64,000 nucleotides of DNA from Podarcis vaucheri (Eukaryota). Below the pieces are notes generated by a model that saw only the letters and a program-made list of their open reading frames with translations, was not told the origin of the DNA and made no database searches. The position numbers were made by a program, and so were the translations under genes. Numbering within the stretch: the first letter of the stretch is position 1; each line of letters opens with the position of its first letter. Positions 21,540 through 33,770 of the stretch are shown piece by piece. The DNA is taken from NCBI GenBank assembly GCA_965113315.1, contig OZ220368.1; one strand, written 5' to 3'.

Positions 21540-21783
21540 CCTCCTCCTCCTCCCCCCACGCCGTCGCGTGGTGCCGTCACTTCCTTCCCGGCCGGAGCTG
21601 GCCCCGCTCATTCTCTTTAGTGTTTGCCCTGTGTCTGCCGCCGCCGCGACTCGCTCGCCTTCCCCCCCCCTTTCCCCGGACCCCCCCCTCTTCGGCCTGC
21701 CAGCTGCCCATGGACTGAGCCGCCCCACGGCCCGCCCGCCAAGACGAGCCGGCCCGGGAGCCGCAGCCCAAAACAACCGCCAG
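21540..21783 (+). other. STAU1: STAU1 non-coding exon 1 (5' end approximate)
   Basis: Downstream of TATA and SBS motifs in the CpG island; strong donor CAG|GTGAGG at 21783/21784. Confidence 0.7.
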
Positions 21784-22721
21784 GTGAGGGGCGGAGAAGC
21801 AGCGGGCGGGTGGGCAACCAGGCAAGGCGGGCGTCCCTCCCAGCCGCCCCCCGCCCGCCACTCCTACCGCGGCGCTGGGATATGTGGGAGGGGAGAGGCC
21901 TCGGCCGGGCCTGCGCTTGGGGTTGGGCCTATGGACGGGGCGCGGGAGACGAGGCTCGGGCCCCTCAGGCGGCGGCCGGGGTGGGGGGCGCGGGTGGGCT
22001 GCTGGCAGGTGGGGGGCTCGAGGCTGCAAGGCTCTGCCTCCTGTTATTTAGGGGAAGGGGTCCGTGGGGAGCTGGCTTGAAGACCCACCACTCCCCCGTT
22101 CTTTCGACTTCGACCCGCCTTCCCTCCTGTCCGTCCCGGGCTCTTCCCGCCGCCGGCTCGCTCTGCCTCCTTGCTCTCCTCGTGTCCTGCTCGTGGGCTT
22201 CCCAGAGGCACCTGTGAGAGAGCAGGAGGCCGGGTTTGGGAGGCCTTTCCACCCCCCACCCCGTGGCCTGATCCTGCAAGGGTCGCCTTACGTTTTCCAC
22301 TTGGCCGGCGCTCCTGTTAACAGGGATCTTCGCCGCGGGCATAGCAAAGTTCGTGGCGGGCAGGAGGAGCGTAGAAAGGGAAGGTTGCGTTCTAGCTATC
22401 CCGAATTACCTGTGCAAAAAAAGGGGTAACGGGGTAACTGGTGACAAATCTCTGCACAGTGGGCTGCAGTAGTACACGTCTCTGCCCCAGTTCTTCATCT
22501 TGCCTTTCTTGATCGGGTGAGATTGTGCAGCCTGCTCAACGTTTCTTGATAGTCATGTGCATCGTGTTCTTAATATGTACATGCCTTGCCGAGTTCCCTG
22601 ATGTTCTCGTCTTGTACCTGTGCGAGGCAGGTGGTAATGCTTCTCTATCCTGGGTTGTGTCAGTTGCAGGGCATGTGCTTTCTCATTTCTCTGGTCAAGA
22701 AAATAACGCTGGAGTGTAGAG

Positions 22722-23087
22722 CCTGTAATTTTTCGTCCCATAGGACGCACCTAATTTTTTTGGGGGGAAATAAAGGAAAAAACTCCCGCAGGGGTCCCCA
22801 CGCTGCGGATGTCTGCCCGGTGCGCCGGGTGCTCTGCTTCAGCGCGCCCCGCGCTCCGTGCAGCAGGCTGCTATCTGCAGCGTGGGGAGCCCTGCGGGAA
22901 CTCTCGCGGGCTCCCCAGGCTTGCTGATAGCTTCCTGAAGCCTGGAGAGCGAGAGGGGTCGGTGCACACCGACCCCTCTCGCTCTCCAAGCTTCAGCGAA
23001 AGCCTGTATTCGCCCCATAGGACGCACACAGATTTCCCCTTCATTTTTGGAGGGGGGAAAGTGTGTCCTATAGGGCGAAAAATACGG
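22722..23087. mobile_element. Tc1-mariner (Tc2/Kanga-like) MITE
   Basis: TIR about CCGTATTTTTCGCCCTATAGGACGCAC at both ends; TA after right TIR; internal repeat of CCATAGGACGCAC. Confidence 0.8.
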
Positions 23088-23464
23088 TAAATCCTGTAGT
23101 GTTTACTGGATCACACTTTAGTTGCTTCAGGCTTCTCCCAAGACTTGCTTTCTCCAAGATAGCCTTGGAATATTGCTGTCAAGTTTCAGTTTAATTGGAG
23201 GGAAAGTCTTTTGTGTTCTCGCTTACAAACATAATGCTTTCATCTCCTAATGGAAGTAATGAATGGCTTAATGGCTCTAATGGTTTAATCTTTTTCCACT
23301 ATATATGCCCGCAAACTTAATTGGTCTCCTGTCGTTTAACTTTAGCAATATGAGCAAGCTTTAGATGTGTACTCTTTTCCACTTCAGCCTGGAACCAGAA
23401 CCACTTCTGAAACTTAAATAGTTTTGTATTTGCATATGTTGCTTCATCTTTGGTGATATGAATT

Positions 23465-24126
23465 TTTCATTTTATTTCAAAGCATTTATATACCACTTAC
23501 TACTTCAGTGTGCAGCAGTGTGCAGTCTAAAAAAGAAAACAAATCTTTAATACATTAAAACAGAACCTGAAACTAGTAAAACAGCATTATAAAAATGCAT
23601 AAAAGCAAATTCAGAAGATTCAAATATGTGAAGCAAAGTCAGGGGAAGCCAGGGTGAAAAGATACGTCTTCACAAGACTTCTGCAGCAACTGATGGTTGC
23701 TGCTTCACATACAGCAGAAGGAAGGGCACTCTGCATGCCTGTTTTTGGGTCACCACCACATGATATTCTGTAGGATGCAGTGCCACAAGTTGAATTTCCT
23801 GAGATGATCTAAGAACAGTGGCAGGTTGTCTTTTAGGGTTTTATATATTAACAGGACCTTGAACATGCTCTGGTACTGATTGGCAACCGGTGCAGTTCAT
23901 TCAGTTCAGGTGTAATATGTGCACATCTTGGTGCTCCACTCAGCAGCCTGGCCACAGCATTCTTCACCAGCTGCAGGTTTTGGACCATTCCCAAAGGGAG
24001 CCCCACATAGAGCACATTACAGTAGCCACGTGAATCACAGTAGCTAACCCTGTCCAGGAAAGAGCATAGTTGGCATATCAGCCTAACACTGTGCCCCAAT
24101 TTGATGAGTGCTTCTAGTGGTTTCAT
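23465..24126 (-). mobile_element. L2 LINE 3' fragment
   Basis: ORF 23848..24126 includes LQLVKNAVARLLSGAPRCAHITPELNELHRLP. Confidence 0.8.
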
Positions 24127-24164
24127 ATAGTTCCATCAGTACTCCCATGAAAGGGGCAGGTTCA

Positions 24165-24842
24165 TCATTTGGGGGTGTTCCTGGATTCAGTACTGTCACT
24201 GGAGGCTCAGGAGGCCTCAGTAGCTGGTTTTGCCTTTTCTCAGCTCTGGCAGGTTCACTTTAGGACAGAGAAGATTTGACCACAGTATTCCATGCTCTGA
24301 TAACTTCCAGAATGGATTATTTCAACATGCTTTACATGGGGCTTCCCTTGGAGATGACTTGGAAACTTCAGTTGGTCCAAAGTGCAGCAGCTGGAGGTTC
24401 CGTTTACATCTCCTATAACCCCTCTTTTAAAACAGCTGCACTGGTTACTAGTTCATTTCCCAGCACAATTCAAAGTTCTCTCAAGCCCTATTCAACTTCA
24501 TTTGGGCCCCAAATATCTGAAAGACCACCTCCTTCCCTACAGACCTTTTTGCATGCTGAGACCAGCAGAAGGGACACTCTTGGAAGTTCCTGCAGGTGAC
24601 AGCCAGGAGAGGGCATTCCCTGTGGTGGCTTCTAAACCCTGGAATTCCCTCCCCACAGAGTTATGTCTGGCACCTCCATTATGCACCTTCCAAAATGCTG
24701 TATAATGGAGTTGTGGATCTTTAGGACCCACCTTATTTTTATTATTGCAACTTTAAACTGTTTTTAATATTGTGCTTTAATGTTCTAACCTGCCCTGGAA
24801 CCTTAGAGTGAAGGGTGGGTAATAAAAAAATATTAATAATAC
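24165..24842 (+). mobile_element. L2 LINE 3' fragment
   Basis: LITSRMDYFNMLYMGLP..KLQLVQ and ITPLLKQLHWL motifs; A/T-rich tail. Confidence 0.85.
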
Positions 24843-25136
24843 TAAACAGGGGGCAGACACATAATCTCCCAATCCAGTTCTCTGAATCAGTCCTGGTGAG
24901 TAGGAATTATAGCGAACAATACTTTGTCACAGCCACATTGTCACACTTTAGTATATGCTTGAGAACTTGAAAATATTTTAATACTGTGGGTTTCATGGAA
25001 TCGTAAAGCTAAATCCTGTAGAAGTTAACTGGTAGTCAAGAGACCGATGTGATTTAAACTATCAGTCTGGTTGTTTTAAGTCATGTTCTAAATAGCACTG
25101 TATGGTGACCCTACAAAGCAAACACTTGATCAAATA

Positions 25137-25387
25137 CAGTGGTACCTCGCAAGACGAAAAACGCGCAAGACGAAAGAGTTTTCCGTTTTTTGAGTCGTTC
25201 CGCAAGACGAATTTCCCTATGGGCTTGCTTCGTCTTGCGAGTTCTTGCGAGTTTGTTTCCTTTTTCTTAAAGCCGCTAAGCCGTTAATAGCCGCTAAGCC
25301 GCTAATAGCCATGCTTCGCAAGACGAAAAAACCGCAAGACGAAGAGACTCGCAGAACGGATTAATTTCGTCTTGCGAGGCACCACTG
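25137..25387 (-). mobile_element. Tigger-like MITE family A, copy 2 (251 bp, opposite orientation)
   Basis: TA|CAGTGGTACCTCGCAAGACG ... CGTCTTGCGAGGCACCACTG|TA; internal repeats read CCGCTAA. Confidence 0.92.
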
Positions 25388-26092
25388 TAGATATTTGACA
25401 CTGCACCAGAATGTTTAACATTTTTTATTAAATTCAGCTTTGCTAGACTGTATTCTGTGCTATATATTATCAGACATTCATACCTGACTAGTAAGATGCT
25501 CTCAGATTAAAGCTTCAATTTTAATAACTCTTACTAGGAAATGTCGTATAGAACTTCGTGATACTTAATGCATGATAGGACTGTGAAAGGAGAAGGAAGT
25601 GATCTCTAAGTGAATTTACGCTTTTGTGACACTAGTAAAGTCATGTTCCAAAGACTTACTGGGGGATGATTAATGCATGGCCTGTATATCCCTTGATTAC
25701 ACAACAACTGACAAACAACTGCTAAGGGTGTGAACTGAATCTGTTGAAAAACATTGTTTAGGAGTAAATACAGATCTATCTGTGATGGCTTATTTATACA
25801 TGTTGTGTGAAGCTGCAGTCAGCACATAATAAATGCAAATGTGTGAACTTGTTTGTAAAACCTAGGCTAACATTGGTTTTAGGCATATGCAACAGTGTCT
25901 GAAGTGCAGTGTGAATGATTTGTCCCTACCAGTTGCTCTGCTGCTTAGCAAAACTCTTAAGTAAACTGAAAGCGGTTGCAGGAACAAACTGAAGTGGGGC
26001 CATAGAGGATATTCCTTCGACACTTCCTTGAGTAGTATACCATGGGATGATCCATAACATCAAAATTAGGATGGTGGAGGTATGGCCTTGTG

Positions 26093-26235
26093 CAGTGTTC
26101 TTCGATCTTGGATCCCTAGATGCTGTTGGACTACAGCTCCTGTCATCCCTGACCTTTGACCATGTTTGCTGGGGATGATGGGTATTGTAGTTGAACAATA
26201 TATGCGAACAATATCTGGGGCCCAAAGGTTAAACA
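26093..26235. mobile_element. Degenerate URR1-like hAT MITE
   Basis: ttggactacagctcctgtcatccct...gatgatgggtattgtagtt. Confidence 0.6.
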
Positions 26236-27029
26236 GTAATCTAGTGTATGAATACTGCCCCTTGTGCAGACCTGTTGGATGAGAGGAAAGAGAGAGGGGC
26301 TGAAATGGAATTGAGAGCAGAGCTAGAGACTTTCTGTGGACCAGGCTTGCTCACCTACCACTGCTCCTTCTGCGGCTTCCTCCCCCTGAGTCCTAGAATT
26401 TAACTTGAAGTTTAGCCTACAACATGGTGCCTCCTTCTGTTGTCTTTTTTTACTAAATATTTGTTTGCTTTTCCTTTTTCTCCATTTTATTATCTTAAAA
26501 GTTGATAGTGCTGCTGGTGTGACCTACCATAGAGCGTCACAACCTACCAGTTGTTGCGCATCTACCATACATGGCCTTACTTATTGTGCTATTGCAGACA
26601 GCCTGAATTGAGTTAGGGTGGCAATTTCACCGGTCTCAGAAGCATTAATGCTTTTTGCTTTTAGCATGGTGTGCTGTTGAAAGTCTCAAAGAGGCAGGAG
26701 GTGTTTCCATTTGTACAATTGTGCAGCTACAACGAAGGGATTGCTGCAGGTACCATCGGTATTAGCCATCAATTTTGGAATTGGCAGTCTTTCTTAAAAT
26801 ATGCTTACCCTGCTATCTTTGTGTTTGGCAGACTGAATTCTTTCCATTTCAAAGTGTTTGGGTACCTTTTGACATGGAACATACATTTTGTTGTTTTTCA
26901 CTTTTCACAGCTACAGAATGCATTCCATCAGGGAACTCATAGGTACAAATCTTGCTCGAATGAATGGTAATTGAGCCAAAGCACTGATGCATACCCTTCA
27001 TTTCACTTCTTTGAAGAATACCTATATAA

Positions 27030-27110
27030 GTCAGTTGCAACAAAACCAGAGTCTTGTAGAGAGGCTTAACATTGGGCAGATTTATTATGGCATAAGCTTT
27101 TATTGATGCA
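27030..27110. mobile_element. Old Penelope-like LTR fragment
   Basis: gagtcttgt...agatttattatggcataagcttt resembles reptile Penelope LTR; contains reverse complement of AAAGCTTATGC. Confidence 0.4.
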
Positions 27111-27469
27111 TCCAGTGGCTTTTGCTGTAAACAGTTACCTGGTTCCTCCATATTTTAATTGGAATATTTCTAAACCATTTAATATTTTAAAATACCATAT
27201 TGATGGACAATAAAGGTACAACAAATAGCTGGAGACAAGAAGACCCGGAAAAAACCTAGGTTCCCCCCTCCCAGTTTTTCTGATCTGGTCCCCCCCCCCA
27301 CCAGTATGCCTTTCACATATCTAGATATTGCTTGTCTTTCTGGGGAAACCTATAAAAAATAGCATCCAACAAAATGCATACAACATCTCAGCCTGTCTTA
27401 CTTCAGGGAGCAGACTTTAGACTGAACTATAAGGCAGTTCTTCTTACCAGTTACCGATAATTCTTCCCT

Positions 27470-28512
27470 GATCTTTTTCTTCTTTAATTGAGTTTTAAAA
27501 TTATTACTCATATACGTATTCCATTCACTCTTTAACATATATTGTGCACATATATCAACCAAACAATAACAATATTTCTTTACAAGTGACTTCCCACAAC
27601 CTCAGTGCGGCTTCTTGTTTCTTCCTTCTCTTTTCACCTGTGTTGTTTTTCCTTATTACCCTTCTCTTACACAATATCTCTTATCTGTTCTTTACTTTGC
27701 AAAATTTAGTCGAAACGTATCAAGGATTTTATCTGAGAACAGTGTTTTCCATATAATCTTTTACATCTGAAGGCAGCTCAGTTTAGGGAAGTTTTTAATG
27801 TTTAATGCTGTATTGTGTTTTTAACATTCGGTTGGGAGCTGCCCAGAGTGGCTGGGGAAACCCAGCCAGATGGGCAGGGTATAAATAATAATAAATTAAT
27901 TAATTAAATAATAATAATAATAATAATAATAATTATACATTCCCACTCCTTTTTAATTTTTTTGTTTGGTTGGTTCCTAATTGCCTCTGTCATTTTTGCT
28001 AATTCCAAATACTAACACAATTTGATTTGCCATTCTTCTTTTGTTGGTGTCCTATCACCCTTCCAATTTCTAGTGATTAACATTCTTGCTGCTGTTGTAG
28101 CATATAGGAATACCCTTTTTAATCATTTGAAATATCAGTTGTCATAATGCCCAGAAGAAAGGCTTTGGGTTTCTTCTCAAATGTTTTTTTGAACATTTTT
28201 AAAAAATTCGTCATAGACAAAATTCCCCCCAAAATTATTTTTGTCACAAACCCCACCACATGTGGTTCATCGTTCCTTCCCCTTGATTACACCTCCAGCA
28301 TACACTTGACTTTGATTTATATATTTGGCCAGTTTGCTGGGGGTTATGTACCACCTGTATAGCATTTTCATGAAGTTTTCTTTTATTGTGTAGCAGGCTG
28401 TAAATTTTAAATCCTTTTGCCACAATCTTCCCCAATCCTCCATCTGGATGGAGTACCCAATTCTTCCCTGTTCTATCCCTTTTAGCATGTCATAGTATGA
28501 GTCCCTAGTCAT
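27470..28512 (-). mobile_element. L1/Tx1 LINE 3' fragment (ORF2 zinc knuckle and 3'UTR), frameshifted
   Basis: CWRCNQGEGTMNHMWW and KENFMKMLYRWYITPSKLAK in overlapping frames; T-rich tail at about 27470. Confidence 0.85.
27769..27936 (+). mobile_element. L2-type 3' tail with (AAT)n nested inside the L1
   Basis: gcccagagtggctggggaaacccagccagatgggcagggtataaataataat; same tail reversed at 52912-52976. Confidence 0.75.
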
Positions 28513-28757
28513 GTACTGTCCAGCACAATGAAAATGTAGTTGGTATATCTGAAGTTCCTGGGGTTCTGAGGAACAGTGTTCTTTAGAACCACAAGAAGAT
28601 TGAACTCTAGGTTATCTGTGTTGGTAATAAGTGAACCGCTGAAAATGTTGATGATAAAAACATTCAGGACCCCATAATGTACATGTTAAGACCTGAAAAT
28701 CCAATCTTGGGGAGTATGCTTGAATCCAAATGTATTCTCTCTCTCTTTCTCCACACA

Positions 28758-28787
28758 TGCGCGCGCGCGCGCACACACACACACACA
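28758..28787. repeat. (GC)n(AC)n alternating purine-pyrimidine tract
   Basis: tgcgcgcgcgcgcgcacacacacacacaca; Z-DNA-prone. Confidence 0.9.
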
Positions 28788-30032
28788 GAGTGTATTGGCA
28801 AACATATAGCACATACCACAAATATATTACTGAGCATAGCACAAATCATAGTGGTAGTAATGTAATCTTGTAGTGCCATTAAGATGGCTCTTGCAAGCAA
28901 ACTAGCAAAACATGAGGGGAGAGGTGGGTTCTTCCTCTGTCTTACAGTCATATGTAACACTGACAATCTGCACTGTTAGGAACATCAAAGCATGTCCATG
29001 TTTTTAGAAAGAGGTCTGGCCAGTTTTGCCTGGAGCAAGAAAGAACTTTGTCTGTGAGCAATTGGTGAATAGTTGGGCAGATTGCAAACTATTTTTGGGC
29101 TTGCAATGTAGTTACAGAACTTCTGTAGTAGATTATCTAACATGTAAAGCTGCTGTTGTTATTTCCATTTCAAAGTTATTTGCTACCTGTTATTGCATGT
29201 GACTTGTGTAAATGGCAGACATAAGACACCTCTGTCCCTAGGAACGTAAAGGTTAAACGTTCAGGCAGTCGGGAAACAAGTACCGGTACTTAAATTCCCA
29301 CCAATTATTCTTAGAACTTTGAAAGAAATGTGGACAAATCACTTGGTGGTTGGCAAGTGTTACACACCAGCATGGGGTTTTAATAACTATAATAGACCCC
29401 AATATTCAGAGGCTGCAACCTATTTGGACGTGTGTACCACTAGCACACTATCGTATAACCTCCCGTGTGAGAGCTCTTTATGGGCTGTTATGCTAACTTG
29501 ATAGATCATGTTCATGCATAGCCAATTGAAGTCTTGACATGTTGCCTTGCTTACCTTGGTTTTTAAGAGACTTTGAATGTAACTTTTTGGTAATAATGAT
29601 CCCATGGTACAAGCATATGTCAAAGCTGTAGATTAGGAGTGGGGAGCCTTTGGCCCTCCAGATATTGCTGAGCTACAACTCCCATCAGCCCTAGCAAGCA
29701 ATGCCAGCATCTGGAGTCCCACAAAAGTAGTGTATGTACGGCATCTTCTACAACACACAAGAATAATGAATCATATGTATAGGGCAGCAAATCTTTCCCA
29801 GCAGGATGTGTGTGTAACAAGCTGGATGGAGACCAGGAAGAATCTCTAGAATCTTTTCATCTTGAGCTTTATTGTAGTCACTAGCATCCCTAATCTCCAG
29901 TGACAAATATGTTGTCTTTTAAAGCATTGTCAACTATATCTTTGTCAGGTCAATTTGCTCCAGTTTGTGGTACAACTTGGCCTTGTTGCTGATGCTCCAT
30001 AAAACTCATAGCTAGCTACATATCTCCACTTA

Positions 30033-30361
30033 CAGTGGTGCCTCGCAAGACAAAAATAATCCGTTCTGTGATTCTCTTCATCTAGCGGTTTTTTCGTCTT
30101 GCGAAGCAAGCCCATTGAAGGATTAGCGCTATTAGCGGCTTTTAGCGGCTTATCTGCTGATCCGATCAGCTGATAAGCGGATTAGCGGCTTAGAAAAAGG
30201 GGGGGAGGAGGAAAAAAAACTAGCAGGAACTCGCAAGACATTGTTGTCTTGCGAAGCAAGCCCATAGGAAATTCGTTTTGCGAAGCACCTCCAAAACGGA
30301 AAACTCTTTCGTCTAGCGAGTTTTCCGTCTTGCGAGGCATTCGTCTTGCAGGGCACCAGTG
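30033..30361 (+). mobile_element. Tigger-like MITE family A, copy 3 (329 bp)
   Basis: Same TIRs and TA TSD as copy 1. Confidence 0.92.
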
Positions 30362-33148
30362 TATTGCATCATTTGATCTGTTTGTTTTGCAGAGGAGGAA
30401 GCTGTATGCCTATTTTGACTAACATCTCCACTGTTACATATCAGGACTGGTGTAGCCATCTTTTATGCTCACAACAACATTGACTAGAAGTGAGGAAAAG
30501 GTAGATCTCATAGGGTGACATTCTAACCAAAATGCATTCCATTTCGCTAGCCGCTCTAACTTTATTCTTCATGGTCATCAGATTTCTGCAGTCTACCACT
30601 TCCTTTGTACAAAACAGTAAGCATGTCACAATTATGTTCGGGCACAGGGCAGTTGTTTAACATGAGGATGCATTGCAGTAACTAACTTGGATTAATCTAA
30701 GGCATTTGCCATGAAGAAATTACTTTTTAAACAGGAATGTTCATGAATGTTCTGTAACTTTTTTAAAAAGTGCAGCACTGATCAAAGTATCTGTAAAAGC
30801 TACTTTTTGAAATGCACTCAGGCCTGATTTAAGTTCGCACAGCTGGTTTCACTTAACTATGCGTGATTGGGCATGGCTGTCATCACACTTCAATTGGGTT
30901 TCATTCCCTATAAAATGTAGAGAGTTGACACACCTGGAATTCGCAGCCCAAGTGTGTTGGTGTGGTTGAAGACTTAAATCAGGGGGTCATTGCTACACTA
31001 ACTGCTTATAAACCTGCACAGGTAGGTTTCTTGCACATTTCTGGCATCATATTTTAATGGAATCTATGAACAATGAAGTATTATTTCTTAGTTCCGCTTA
31101 ATCCTAACAGGAGGGGACAGCAAGCTTTGAAATCTCAGAGCAGACTGCCTTTCTGTTGCCAGAGCAGAAAGACATGTATTATCATTGTGAGCTTTATATG
31201 TGCGTACTTATATGTGTGTGCATAATTCTGATTTGTGCAGGGCTGAGAAGAGGCTGTTAATAGGTAGCACCAAGATACAGTTAAGAAGGCACGGTTGCCA
31301 AAATTAAACACAGTTCAAGCATACCTACAGGGCTTGTTTTGGCAATATGGAAACAAGACTCTCTGTTCTCTTTCTTCAGGATCAACACCTTGCTGGCTCT
31401 AAAGAGGAGGCATCAAATATTGTCATTTAACCACCTCAAAAATGTTTGGAATAGTGAAATGCTTCAAATCAGCCTTTTGGGGAGTGAACTGGCTTTGTTT
31501 AGATTTAGGTTTATTCAATTTATGAATCGCTTCCAACAACAAAAAGCCCTGAAGCGATTTGCAGCAAGAAGGTAATACAATATTTAAAATGCACAAATAT
31601 AAACATTCAGATTAAAAACATCCAATTGATGATGCCCAGGAAGACAAAAACACCTTTGCCTGAGGCCAAAATGACGACAGAGTTGGTGCCAGGCATGCCT
31701 CCCTTTTGAGAGTGTCAAATAATTACTGGCTAATTTTTAACTGTAATGGGTGCTGTCTCTTGAAGACCCTCTCTGGAATGACTTCATAGCTAACACTTCT
31801 GAAAAAGTAAACATTTCTAAACCTTTCAAAGCATATGTGCTGAACAATTTTAATCTAACGAGAATTTTTCTCCAAATGCTGCTCCTGGTAATGTTGATAA
31901 GTAGTTCATTGTGGAATAGTATAATACTGTACTACTCAAAAGCATCTTTCTAACGTTCTCCCCTTTTTCTTTTGTTTATAGGCAATCTCCAACATATAAA
32001 TCCCCTTGGAACTAAAGCTAAAGCTACACTGTCCCTGGATCACTTAAAGGTACAGGAAATTGGGTATTCTGAAAATCCAGCAGCTCTTTATCACTGGCTG
32101 ATATTTTGGGGTGGACACAAGTATATGGGAGTTCTGTTGCAGTTTCCTATCTTAAGATGCTGCTTTAATGTCAGTTGTATCCAAAGCCATCAGTACTTGA
32201 GCTGAGCAGACATATGCACTTCTCCCTACTGCAGCACCCTCCTGCACCCTCAAAAAAAAACTGCCGTGGGTGGTTAGAGAAACTTCTTCTCAGTTTTCCC
32301 ATATCCTGGCTACTGCTTCCCCCAACACCTGTGTCTTCTCTCCCTGTTCCATTACCATCAACAGCATCTTTGAATCTCTTGCTTCAACAATATGCCATAT
32401 ATAAGGATGACACACTTTAAACCTGAAAGGGCATGGACTAGTCTTCCCTAGGTATTGGGGATTGCTTGTGAAGGGTGGCTTAGAATATACACAGGCCTGT
32501 TCATTTCTCTGGAGTATTAACTGCATTCTGCAGCACATTTCTGATACTTGATTCTGGTATAAAGCAAACAAATAATAGACCACTGAAATCTGTAATCATG
32601 TCTTTGTTAATGTTTTATTCCTTCATTGAAACAATCCAAATAGTGAGGCAGTATTCCTGCAAATGGGGGCATGTGTTTTCAAGAGTATATGCTCTAGGTG
32701 TGTTGCTCTCAACAGATTGTTAGGGGGCTGTGCATGTTAAAGCTGATGCCTGCATTCAGCAGAGAGCCAGTTTTTGTCTTTTGTGTATATCCAGGTGACT
32801 CAGTGCTCTTAATGTAGTGGTGAGTCATTCTAAACAGATATCTAGAGGGCAGGCCTCAATTGCATGTCAAGATAATGGGATGTGTCCAAGGTTTTCTGAA
32901 AGGGGCAATCTGTAAGAGTGGTATGTGCATGCTCGGCCATTTTATAGAAAAGGCCTTCAACTAAGCAGTTCAGCTAGCGCAGTTGGTTTAGGAAAAACAG
33001 GTTTACTCAGTGACACATGTGCCTGCCTTCAGCTTTTTAATCTCTAATGCAAGATGTCCTTGCTACACGTTTATGAACATGCTCTGTCTTAAAATGGCAA
33101 CTTGAAATTTTTATTATTGAACCTAATATGGAGAGAACTTCAGGCAAG

Positions 33149-33149
<1 letters not shown>

Positions 33150-33177
<28 letters not shown>
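33150..33177. repeat. (AC)n microsatellite
   Basis: Direct reading. Confidence 0.9.
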
Positions 33178-33179
<2 letters not shown>

Positions 33180-33624
33180 CTCTTTGGCCAAAGGCCTGGC
33201 TGGTGTGTGTGTGCTCTTTGTACATGAGTGAAACCTGTAGCCTCTTGGGTCCCTTTCTTGGAAATGTAGGAACATACCAGGTCAGGCCATAAGCAAAACT
33301 AGGCACAACATCATTCACACAGTTACCAGTTATGCAGATGGCTTTTTAAAAGGAAGTTTCAGGTGCAAGGTCTGATCCAGACCCTGAAGTTGAAGGCCGG
33401 TGGCTTTCACCCTTTGTTCCCTGCTGCTGTCCCAATAAGTGTCAGCACAGAGTTGGGAGTAGAAGTCTATTATATTCATAGCGGGGGGTGGAAGCTTTCC
33501 TCCAATGCAAATAGCAGGGCCTAATCCATATTGGGACCCACAGCATAGGGCAAAAGGCCAAAGCCCCCTTTCCAGGTGTGAATCAGGCTCCTGTACCTGC
33601 AATTTGTAGAGCTGATGATTGTGC

Positions 33625-33770
33625 TAGTTTGGTCCTTTTTGAACTGGCAAGGCTTCTCCCTGTCTCTGTCAGAGATGTCCCTTCATTTGCTACCTGGACT
33701 TTATAGCTGGAGATGCCAGGAGTTGAGCCTGGGACTTTCTGCATGCGAACCCTATGCTCTACCACTGAGC
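33625..33770 (-). mobile_element. tRNA-derived SINE (Squam3-like)
   Basis: Minus strand gctcagtggtagagcat...gcatgcagaaagtcccaggctcaactcctggcatctccag: A/B boxes followed by SINE body. Confidence 0.75.

Larger units (their letters stand above)
21150..22400. promoter_or_regulatory. STAU1: CpG island / STAU1 promoter
   Basis: Very high GC and CpG density against AT-rich flanks; GC boxes, ETS-like CACTTCC motifs, TATAAATA at 21510-21517. Confidence 0.92.

Noticed and set aside
21145-22429. Long overlapping ORFs (up to 199 aa) on both strands
   Set aside because: Stop-codon scarcity in a GC-rich CpG island; low-complexity Arg/Gly/Pro products with no recognisable domain; the region is the STAU1 promoter, exon 1 and intron start.
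26911-26942. Candidate 32-nt 5'UTR exon (strong poly-Y CAG acceptor, AG|GTACAA donor)
   Set aside because: Weak donor and no homology or transcript evidence available; such pairs occur by chance in a 14-kb intron.
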